Assembly: GCF_964204645.1 (NCBI RefSeq)
Contig: NC_134036.1
Span: 7,662,612 to 7,726,611, forward strand
From: Tubulanus polymorphus
Taxonomy: Eukaryota > Animalia > Nemertea
Direction of reading: 5' to 3'
DNA: 64,000 nucleotides
In this document: positions 52,601 through 64,000 of the stretch, piece after piece
Layout: each line of letters opens with the position of its first letter
Position numbering within the stretch: the stretch's first letter is position 1
Notes under the pieces: model-generated
Databases searched by the model: none
Told to the model about the DNA's origin: nothing
The model's input: only the letters and a program-made list of their open reading frames with translations
Position numbers and translations under genes: made by a program

Positions 52601-55600
52601 CACACTGGCGAACGGACGGACGACCGACCTACTGCCTCCCTCCCTCCCTCACTGCACCGGGTCGTAACGCTGATCAAGGCCCGGTCAGCACTTAGTCGTT
52701 TTTCGAACTACCACCGCCGGCACACTGACGAACGGATGGACGACCGACCTACTGCCTCCCTCCCTCCCTCCCTCACTGCACCGGGTCGTAACGCTGATCA
52801 AGGCCCGGTCAGCACTTAGTCGTTTTTCGAACTACCACCGCCGGCACACTGACGAACGAACGGACGACCGACCTACTGCCACCCTCCCTCCCTTCCTGAC
52901 CGGTGCCGGGTCGTAACGCTGTACATGGCCCGGTCAGCACTTAGTCGTTTTTCGAACAGCAACCGCCGGCACACTGACGAACGGACGGACGACCGACCTA
53001 CTGCCTCCCTCCCTCCCTCCCTGACCGGTGCCGGGTAGTAACGCTGATTAAGGCCCCGTCAGCACTTAGTCGTTTTTCGAACAACCACCGCCGGCACACT
53101 GACGAACGGACGGACGACCGACCTACTGCCACCCTCCCTCCCTTCCTGACCGGTGCCGGGCCGTAACGCTGTTCATGGCCCGGTCAGCACTTAGTCGTTT
53201 TTCGAACAACAACCGCCGACACACTGACTAACGGGCGGACGACTGTCCTAGTGCCTCCCTCCCTCCCTCACTGCACCGGGTCGTAACGCTGATCATGGCC
53301 CGGTCAGCACTTAGTCGTTTTTCGAACAACCACCGCCGGCACACTGACGACCGGACGGACGACCGACCTACTGCCTCCCTCCCTCCCTCACTGCACCGGG
53401 TCGTAACGCTGATCTAGGCCCGGTCAGCCCTTAGTCATTTTTCGAACTACCACCGCCGGCACACTGACGAACGGATGGACGACCGACCTACTGCCTCCCT
53501 CCCTCCCGCCCTGACCAGCGCCGGGTCGTAACGCTGATCAAGGCCCGGTCAGCCCTTAGTCATTTTTCGAACAACCATCACTGCCGGCACACTGACAAAC
53601 GGACGGACGACCGACCTAGTGCCTCCCTCCCTCCTTCAATGCTCCGGGTCGTAACGCTGATCAAGGCCCGGTCAGCACTTAGTCGTTTTTCGAACTACCA
53701 CCGCCGGCACAATGACGAACGGACGGACGACCGACCTACTGCCTCCCTCCCTCCCTCCCTGACCGGTGCCGGGTCGTAACGCTGATCAAGGCCCGGTCAG
53801 CACTTAGTCGTTTTTCGAACAACCACCGCCGGCACACTGACGAACGGACGGACAACCGACCTACTGCCACCCTCCCTCCCTTCCTGACCGGTGCCGGGCC
53901 GTAACGCTGTTCATGGCCCGGTCAGCACTTAGTCGTTTTTCGAACAACAACCGCCGACACACTGACTAACGGGCGGACGACTGTCCTAGTGCCTCCCTCC
54001 CTCCCTCACTGCACCGGGCCGTAACGCTGTTCATGGCCCGGTCAGCACTTAGTCGTTTTTCGAACAACAACCGCCGACACACTGACTAACGGGCGGACGA
54101 CTGTCCTAGTGCCTCCCTCCCTCCTTCAATGCTCCGGGTCGTAACGCTGATCAAGGCCCGGTCAGCACTTAGTCGTTTTTCGAACTACCACCGCCGGCAC
54201 AATGACGAACGGACGGACGACCGACCTACTGCCTCCCTCCCTCCCTCCCTGACCGGTGCCGGGTCGTAACGCTGATCAAGGCCCGGTCAGCACTTAGTCG
54301 TTTTTCGAACAACCACCGCCGGCACACTGACGAACGAACGGACGACCGACCTACTGCCACCCTCCCTCCCTTCCTGACCGGTGCCGGGTCGTAACGCTGT
54401 TCATGGCCCGGTCAGCACTTAGTCGTTTTTCGAACAACAACCGCCGACACACTGACTAACGGGCGGAGGACTGTCCTAGTGCCTCCCTCCCTCCCTCACT
54501 GCACCGGGTCGTAACGCTGATCATGGCCCGGTCAGCACTTAGTCGTTTTTCGAACAACCACCGCCGGCACACTGACGAACGGATGGACGACCGACCTACT
54601 GCCTCCCTCCCTCCCTCCCTCACTGCACCGGGTCGTAACGCTGATCAAGGCCCGGTCAGCACTTGGTCGTTTTACGAACAACCACCGCCGGCACACTGAC
54701 GAACGGACGGACGACCGACCTACTGCCTCCCTCCCTCCCTCACTGCACCGGGTCGTAACGCTGATCAAGGCCCGGTCAGCACTTAGTCGTTTTTCGAACT
54801 ACCACCGCCGGCTCACTGACGAACGGATGGACGACCGACCTACTGCCTCCCTCCCTCCCTCACTGCTCCGGGTCGTAACGCTGATCAAGGCCCGGACAGC
54901 ACTTAGTCGTTTTTCGAACAACCACCAGCGGCACACTGGCGAACGAACGGACGACCGACCTACTGCCTCCCTCCCTCCCTCACTGCACCGGGTCGTAACG
55001 CTGATCAAGGCCCGGTCAGCACTTAGTCGTTTTACGAACAACCACCGCCGGCACACTGACGAACGGACGGACGACCGACCTACTGCCTCCCTCCCTCCCT
55101 CACTGCACCGGGTCGTAACGCTGATCAAGGCCCGGTCAGCACTTAGTCGTTTTTCGAACAACCACCGCCGGCACACTGACGAACGGACGGACGACCGACC
55201 TACTGCCTCCCTCCCTCCCTCACTGCACCGGGTCGTAACGCTGATCAAGGCCCGGTCAGCACTTAGTCGTTTTTCGAACAACCACCAGCGGCACACTGAC
55301 GAACGGACGGACGACCGACCTACTGCCTCCCTCCCTCCCTCACTGCACCGGGTCGTAACGCTGATCAAGGCCCGGTCAGCACTTAGTCGTTTTTCGAACA
55401 ACCACCGCCGGCACACTGACGAACGGATGGACGACCGACCTACTGCCTCCCTCCCTCCCTCACTGCACCGGGTCGTAACGCTGATCAAGGCCCGGTCAGC
55501 ACTTAGTCGTTTTTCGAACAACCACCGCCGGCACACTGACGAACGGATGGACGACCGACCTACTGCCTCCCTCCCTCCCTCCCTCACTGCACCGGGTCGT

Positions 55601-58600
55601 AACGCTGATCAAGGCCCGGTCAGCACTTGGTCGTTTTACGAACAACCACCGCCGGCACACTGACGAACGGACGGACGACCGACCTACTGCCTCCCTCCCT
55701 CCCTCACTGCTCCGGGTCGTAACGCTGATCAAGGCCCGGACAGCACTTAGTCGTTTTTCGAACAACCACCAGCGGCACACTGGCGAACGGACGGACGACC
55801 GACCTACTGCCTCCCTCCCTCCCTCACTGCTCCGGGTCGTAACGCTGATCAAGGCCCGGTCAGCACTTAGTCGTTTTACGAACAACCACCGCCGGCACAC
55901 TGACGAACGGACGGACGACCGACCTACTGCCTCCCTCCCTCCCTCACTGCACCGGGTCGTAACGCTGATCAAGGCCCGGTCAGCACTTAGTCGTTTTTCG
56001 AACAACCACCGCCGGCACACTGACGAACGGACGGACGACCGACCTACTGCCTCCCTCCCTCCCTCACTGCACCGGGTCGTAACGCTGATCAAGGCCCGGT
56101 CAGCACTTAGTCGTTTTTCGAACAACCACCGCCGGCACACTGGCGAACGGACGGACGACCGACCTACTGCCTCCCTCCCTCCCTCACTGCTCCGGGTCGT
56201 AACGCTGATCAAGGCCCGGTCAGCACTTAGTCGTTTTTCGAACTACTACCGCCGGCACACTGACGAACGGATGGACGACCGACCTACTGCCTCCCTTCCT
56301 CCCTCCCTCACTGCACCGGGTCGTAACGCTGATCAAGACCCGGTCAGCACTTAGTCGTTTTTCGAACAACCACCGCCGGCACACTGACGAACGGATGGAC
56401 GACCGACCTACTGCCTCCCTCCCTCCCGCCCTGACCAGTGCCGGGTCGTAACGCTGATCAAGGCCCGGTCAGCACTTAGTCGTTTTTCGAACAACCACCA
56501 GCGGCACACTGGCGAACGGACGGACGACTGTCCTAGTGCCTCCCTCCCTCCCTCACTGCACCGGGTCGTAACGCTGATCAAGGCCCGGTCAGCACTTAGT
56601 CGTTTTTCGAACAACCACCAGCGGCACTCTGGCGAACGGACGGACGACCGACCTACTGCCTCCCTCCCTCCGTCACTTCTCCGGGTCGTAACGCTGATCA
56701 AGGCCCGGTCAGCACTTAGTCGTTTTTCGAACTACCACCGCCGGCACACTGACGAACGGACGGACGACCGACCTACTGCCTCCCTCCCTCCCTCACTGCA
56801 CCGGGTCGTAACGCTGATCAAGGCCCGGTCAGCCCTTAGTCATTTTTCGAACAACCACCGCTGCCGGCACACTGACAAACGGACGGACGACCGACCTACT
56901 GCCTCCCTCCCTCCCTCAATGCTCCGGGTCGTAACGCTGATCAAGGCCCGGTCAGCACTTAGTCGTTTTCCGAACTACCACCGCCGGCACAATGACGAAC
57001 GGACGGACGACCGACCTACTGCCTCCCTCCCTCCCTCCCTGACCGGTGCCGGGTCGTAACGCTGATCAAGGCCCGGTCAGCACTTAGTCGTTTTTCGAAC
57101 AACCACCGCCGGCACACTGACGAACGAACGGACGACCGACCTACTGCCACCCTCCCTCCCTTCCTGACCGGTGCCGGGTCGTAACGCTGTTCATGGCCCG
57201 GTCAGCACTTAGTCGTTTTTCGAACAACAACCGCCGACACACTGACTAACGGGCGGACGACTGTCCTAGTGCCTCCCTCCCTCCCTCACTGCACCGGGTC
57301 GTAACGCTGATCATGGCCCGGTCAGCACTTAGTCGTTTTTCGAACAACCACCGCCGGCACCCTGACGAACGGATGGACGACCGACCTACTGCCTCCCTCC
57401 CTCCCTCCCTCACTGCACCGGGTCGTAACGCTGATCAAGGCCCGGTCAGCACTTAGTCGTTTTTCGAACAACCACCGCCGGCACACTGACGAACGGATGG
57501 ACGACCGACCTACTGCCTCCCTCCCTCCCTCCCTCACTGCACCGGGTCGTAACGCTGATCATGACCCGGTCAGCACTTAGTCGTTTTTCGAACAACCACC
57601 GCCGGCACACTTACGAACGGACGGACGACCGACCTACTGCCTCCCTCCCTCCCTCACTGCACCGGGTCGTAACGCTGATCAAGGCCCGGTCAGCACTTAG
57701 TCGTTTTTCGGACTACCACCGCCGGCACACTGACGAACGAACGGACGACCGACCTACTGCCACCCTCCCTCCCTTCCTGACCGGTGCCGGGTCGTAACGC
57801 TGTTCATGGCCCGGTCAGCACTTAGTCGTTTTTCGAACAACAACCGCCGACACACTGACTAACGGGCGGACGACTGTCCTAGTGCCTCCCTCCCTCCCTC
57901 ACTGCACCGGGTCGTAACGCTGATCAAGGCCCGGTCAGCACTTAGTCGTTTTTCGAACAACCACCAGCGGCACTCTGGCGAACGGACGGACGACCGACCT
58001 ACTGCCTCCCTCCCTCCGTCACTTCTCCGGGTCGTAACGCTGATCAAGGCCCGGTCAGCACTTAGTCGTTTTTCGAACAACCACCAGCGGCACACTGGCG
58101 AACGGACGGACGACCGACCTACTGCCTCCCTCCCTCCCTCACTGCACCGGGTCGTAACGCTGATCAAGGCCCGGTCAGCACTTAGTCGTTTTTCGAACTA
58201 CCACCGCCGGCACACTGACGAACGGATGGACGACCGACCTACTGCCTCCCTCCCTCCCTCCCTCACTGCACCGGGTCGTAACGCTGATCAAGGCCCGGTC
58301 AGCACTTAGTCGTTTTTCGAACTACCACCGCCGGCACACTGACGAACGAACGGACGACCGACCTACTGCCACCCTCCCTCCCTTCCTGACCGGTGCCGGG
58401 TCGTAACGCTGTACATGGCCCGGTCAGCACTTAGTCGTTTTTCGAACAGCAACCGCCGGCACACTGACGAACGGACGGACGACCGACCTACTGCCTCCCT
58501 CCCTCCCTCCCTGACCGGTGCCGGGTAGTAACGCTGATTAAGGCCCCGTCAGCACTTAGTCGTTTTTCGAACAACCACCGCCGGCACACTGACGAACGGA

Positions 58601-61600
58601 CGGACGACCGACCTACTGCCACCCTCCCTCCCTTCCTGACCGGTGCCGGGCCGTAACGCTGTTCATGGCCCGGTCAGCACTTAGTCGTTTTTCGAACAAC
58701 AACCGCCGACACACTGACTAACGGGCGGACGACTGTCCTAGTGCCTCCCTCCCTCCCTCACTGCACCGGGTCGTAACGCTGATCATGGCCCGGTCAGCAC
58801 TTAGTCGTTTTTCGAACAACCACCGCCGGCACACTGACGACCGGACGGACGACCGACCTACTGCCTCCCTCCCTCCCTCACTGCACCGGGTCGTAACGCT
58901 GATCTAGGCCCGGTCAGCACTTAGTCGTTTTTCGAACTACCACCGCCGGCACACTGACGAACGGATGGACGACCGACCTACTGCCTCCCTCCCTCCCGCC
59001 CTGACCAGCGCCGGGTCGTAACGCTGATCAAGGCCCGGTCAGCCCTTAGTCATTTTTCGAACAACCATCACTGCCGGCACACTGACAAACGGACGGACGA
59101 CCGACCTAGTGCCTCCCTCCCTCCTTCAATGCTCCGGGTCGTAACGCTGATCAAGGCCCGGTCAGCACTTAGTCGTTTTTCGAACTACCACCGCCGGCAC
59201 AATGACGAACGGACGGACGACCGACCTACTGCCTCCCTCCCTCCCTCCCTGACCGGTGCCGGGTCGTAACGCTGATCAAGGCCCGGTCAGCACTTAGTCG
59301 TTTTTCGAACAACCACCGCCGGCACACTGACGAACGAACGGACGACCGACCTACTGCCACCCTCCCTCCCTTCCTGACCGGTGCCGGGTCGTAACGCTGT
59401 TCATGGCCCGGTCAGCACTTAGTCGTTTTTCGAACAACAACCGCCGACACACTGACTAACGGGCGGAGGACTGTCCTAGTGCCTCCCTCCCTCCCTCACT
59501 GCACCGGGTCGTAACGCTGATCATGGCCCGGTCAGCACTTAGTCGTTTTTCGAACAACCACCGCCGGCACACTGACGAACGGATGGACGACCGACCTACT
59601 GCCTCCCTCCCTCCCTCCCTCACTGCACCGGGTCGTAACGCTGATCAAGGCCCGGTCAGCACTTGGTCGTTTTTCGAACAACCACCGCCGGCACACTGAC
59701 GAACGGACGGACGACCGACCTACTGCCTCCCTCCCTCCCTCACTGCACCGGGTCGTAACGCTGATCAAGGCCCGGTCAGCACTTAGTCGTTTTTCGAACT
59801 ACCACCGCCGGCTCACTGACGAACGGATGGACGACCGACCTACTGCCTCCCTCCCTCCCTCACTGCTCCGGGTCGTAACGCTGATCAAGGCCCGGACAGC
59901 ACTTAGTCGTTTTTCGAACAACCACCAGCGGCACACTGGCGAACGGACGGACGACCGACCTACTGCCTCCCTCCCTCCCTCACTGCTCCGGGTCGTAACG
60001 CTGATCAAGGCCCGGTCAGCACTTAGTCGTTTTTCGAACAACCACCGCCGGCACACTGACGAACGGACGGACGACCGACCTACTGCCTCCCTCCCTCCCT
60101 CACTGCACCGGGTCGTAACGCTGATCAAGGCCCGGTCAGCACTTAGTCGTTTTTCGAACAACCACCGCCGGCACACTGACGAACGGACGGACGACCGACC
60201 TAGTGCCTCCCTCCCTCCTTCAATGCTCCGGGTCGTAACGCTGATCAAGGCCCGGTCAGCACTTAGTCGTTTTTCGAACTACCACCGCCGGCACAATGAC
60301 GAACGGACGGACGACCGACCTACTGCCTCCCTCCCTCCCTCCCTGACCGGTGCCGGGTCGTAACGCTGATCAAGGCCCGGTCAGCACTTAGTCGTTTTTC
60401 GAACAACCACCGCCGGCACACTGACGAACGAACGGACGACCGACCTACTGCCACCCTCCCTCCCTTCCTGACCGGTGCCGGGTCGTAACGCTGTTCATGG
60501 CCCGGTCAGCACTTAGTCGCTTTTCGAACAACAACCGCCGACACACTGACTAACGGGCGGAGGACTGTCCTAGTGCCTCCCTCCCTCCCTCACTGCACCG
60601 GGTCGTAACGCTGATCATGGCCCGGTCAGCACTTAGTCGTTTTTCGAACAACCACCGCCGGCACACTGACGAACGGATGGACGACCGACCTACTGCCTCC
60701 CTCCCTCCCTCCCTCACTGCACCGGGTCGTAACGCTGATCAAGGCCCGGTCAGCACTTGGTCGTTTTTCGAACAACCACCGCCGGCACACTGACGAACGG
60801 ACGGACGACCGACCTACTGCCTCCCTCCCTCCCTCACTGCACCGGGTCGTAACGCTGATCAAGGCCCGGTCAGCACTTAGTCGTTTTTCGTATTACCACC
60901 GCCGGCTCACTGACGAACGGATGGACGACCGACCTACTGCCTCCCTCCCTCCCTCCCTGACCAGCGCCGGGTCGTAACGCTGATCAAGGCCCGGTCAGCA
61001 CTTAGTCGTTTTTCGAACTACTACCGCCGGCACACTGACGAACGGATGGACGACCGACCTACTGCCTCCCTTCCTCCCTCCCTCACTGCACCGGGTCGTA
61101 ACGCTGATCAAGACCCGGTCAGCACTTAGTCGTTTTTCGAACAACCACCGCCGGCACACTGACGAACGGACGGACGACCGACCTACTGCCTCCCTCCCTC
61201 CCTCACTGCACCGGGTCGTAACGCTGATCAAGGCCCGGTCAGCACTTAGTCGTTTTTCGAACTACCACCGCCGGCTCACTGACGAACGGATGGACGACCG
61301 ACCTACTGCCTCCCTCCCTCCCTCACTGCTCCGGGTCGTAACGCTGATCAAGGCCCGGACAGCACTTAGTCGTTTTTCGAACAACCACCAGCGGCACACT
61401 GGCGAACGGACGGACGACCGACCTACTGCCTCCCTCCCTCCCTCACTGCTCCGGGTCGTAACGCTGATCAAGGCCCGGTCAGCACTTAGTCGTTTTTCGA
61501 ACAACCACCGCCGGCACACTGACGAACGGACGGACGACCGACCTACTGCCTCCCTCCCTCCCTCACTGCACCGGGTCGTAACGCTGATCAAGGCCCGGTC

Positions 61601-64000
61601 AACACTTAGTCGTTTTTCGAACAACCACCGCCGGCACACTGACGAACGGACGGACGACCGACCTACTGCCTCCCTCCCTCCCTCACTGCACCGGGTCGTA
61701 ACGCTGATCAAGGCCCGGTCAGCACTTAGTCGTTTTTCGAACAACCACCAGCGGCACACTGGCGAACGGACGGACGACCGACCTACTGCCTCCCTCCCTC
61801 CCTCACTGCTCCGGGTCGTAACGCTGATCAAGGCCCGGTCAGCACTTAGTCGTTTTTCGAACAACCACCGCCGGCACACTGACGAACGGATGGACGACCG
61901 ACCTACTGCCTCCCTCCCTCCCTCCCTCCCTCACAGCACCGGGTCGTAACGCTGATCAAGGCCCGGTCAGCACTTAGTCGTTTTTCGAACAACCACCGCC
62001 GGCACACTGACGAACGAACGGACGACCGACCTACTGCCACCCTCCCTCCCTTCCTGACCGGTGCCGGGTCGTAACGCTGTTCATGGCCCGGTCAGCACTT
62101 AGTCGTTTTTCGAACAACAACCGCCGACACACTGACTAACGGGCGGAGGACTGTCCTAGTGCCTCCCTCCCTCCCTCACTGCACCGGGTCGTAACGCAGA
62201 TCAAGGCCCGGTCAGCACTTAGTCGTTTTTCGAACAACCACCAGCGGCACACTGGCGAACGGACGGACGACCGACCTACTGCCTCCCTCCCTCCCTCCCT
62301 GCTCCGGGTCGTAACGCTGATCAAGGCCCGGTCAGCACTTAGTCGTTTTTCGAACAACCACCGCCGGCACACTGACGAACGGACGGACGACCGACCTACT
62401 GCCTCCCTCCCTCCCGCCCTGACCAGTGCCGGGTCGTAACGCTGATCAAGGCCCGGTCAGCACTTAGTCGTTTTTCGAACAACCACCAGCGGCACACTGG
62501 CGAACGGACGGACGACTGTCCTAGTGCCTCCCTCCCTCCCTCACTGCACCGGGTCGTAACGCTGATCAAGACCCGGTCAGCACTTAGTCGTTTTTCGAAC
62601 AACCAACTCTGCCGGCACACTGACGAACGGACGGACGACCGACCTACTGTCCCCCTCCCTCCCAAACCGCTCCGGGTCGTAACGCAGATCAAGGCCCGGT
62701 CAGCACTTAGTCGTTTTTCGAACAACCACCAGCGGCACACTGGCGAACGGACGGACGACCGACCTACTGCCTCCCTCCCTCCCTCCCTGCTCCGGGTCGT
62801 AACGCTGATCAAGGCCCGGTCAGCACTTAGTCGTTTTTCGAACAACCACCGCCGGCACACTGACGAACGGACGGACGACCGACCTACTGCCTCCCTCCCT
62901 CCCTCCCTCACTGCACCGGGTCGTAACGCTGATCAAGGCCCGGTCAGCACTTAGTCGTTTTTCGAACTACCACCGCCGGCACACTGACGAACGGATGGAC
63001 GACCGACCTACTGCCTCCCTCCCTCCCGCCCTGACCAGTGCCGGGTCGTAACGCTGATCAAGGCCCGGTCAGCACTTAGTCGTTTTTCGAACAACCACCA
63101 GCGGCACACTGGCGAACGGACGGACGACTGTCCTAGTGCCTCCCTCCCTCCCTCACTGCACCGGGTCGTAACGCTGATCAAGACCCGGTCAGCACTTAGT
63201 CGTTTTTCGAACAACCATCGCCGGCACACTGACGAACGGACGGACGACCGACCTACTGCCTCCCTCCCTCCCTCACTGCACCGGGTCGTAACGCTGATCA
63301 AGGCCCGGTCAGCACTTAGTCGTTTTTCGAACTACCACCGCCGGCACACTGACGAACGAACGGACGACCGACCTACTGCCTCCCTCCCTCCCTCAATGCT
63401 CCGGGTCGTAACGCTGATCAAGGCCCGGTCAGCACTTAGTCGTTTTTCGAACAACCACCGCCGGCACACTGACGAACGGACGGACGACCGACCTACTGCC
63501 TCCCTCCCTCCCTCCCTGACCGGTGCCGGGTAGTAACGCTGATTAAGGCCCCGTCAGCACTTAGTCGTTTTTCGAACAACCACCGCCGGCACACTGACGA
63601 ACGGACGGACGACCGACCTACTGCCACCCTCCCTCCCTTCCTGACCGGTGCCGGGCCGTAACGCTGTTCATGGCCCGGTCAGCACTTAGTCGTTTTTCGA
63701 ACAACAACCGCCGACACACTGACTAACGGGCGGACGACTGTCCTAGTGCCTCCCTCCCTCCCTCACTGCACCGGGCCGTAACGCTGTTCATGGCCCGGTC
63801 AGCACTTAGTCGTTTTTCGAACAACAACCGCCGACACACTGACTAACGGGCGGACGACTGTCCTAGTGCCTCCCTCCCTCCCTCACTGCTCCGGGTCGTA
63901 ACGCTGATTAAGGCCCCGTCAGCACTTAGTCGTTTTTCGAACAACCACCGCCGGCACACTGACGAACGGACGGACGACCGACCTACTGCCACCCTCCCTC

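Larger units (their letters stand above)
26291..64000 (+). repeat. Satellite A, right arm (~310 monomers)
   Basis: Same monomer and orientation as 1-13170; continues to the window end. Confidence 0.99.

Noticed and set aside
338-63301. Many ORFs such as SLPPSLHRVVTLIKARSALSRFSNNH, REGGREGG and the 332-aa ORF at 49016
   Set aside because: Read-through of a 120-bp (multiple of 3) satellite. Frames break at every 124-bp unit, both strands are open, and there is no domain content.

Overview
Eukaryotic (animal-like) heterochromatin with no intact protein-coding gene. About 80% of the window is one GC/CpG-rich tandem satellite (SatA; 120/123/124-bp monomers with an embedded (CCCT)n tract) at 1-13170 and 26291-64000, both arms in the same orientation, with kb-scale higher-order duplications and three large (CCCT)n expansions. 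A ~13-kb island interrupts it and contains, in order: (1) a second 118-bp T-tract satellite (SatB); (2) a dead RTE-like non-LTR retrotransposon fragment (- strand) cut inside its RT catalytic FADD motif; (3) a dead AT-rich Polinton/adintovirus-type protein-primed DNA polymerase B, followed by a remnant viral HNH-type endonuclease gene that the ORF track only partly shows; (4) a ~7-kb GC-rich block of palindrome-rich 82-104-bp subrepeats, 4+1 copies of a 1287-bp unit and six copies of a TTTGCTATATAC motif, which resembles an orphan rDNA intergenic spacer; (5) a (CT)n tract and a fold-back inverted SatA monomer. Nearly all ORFs in the supplied track are artefacts of reading through repeats. Family assignments rest on motif recognition only; no searches were run.
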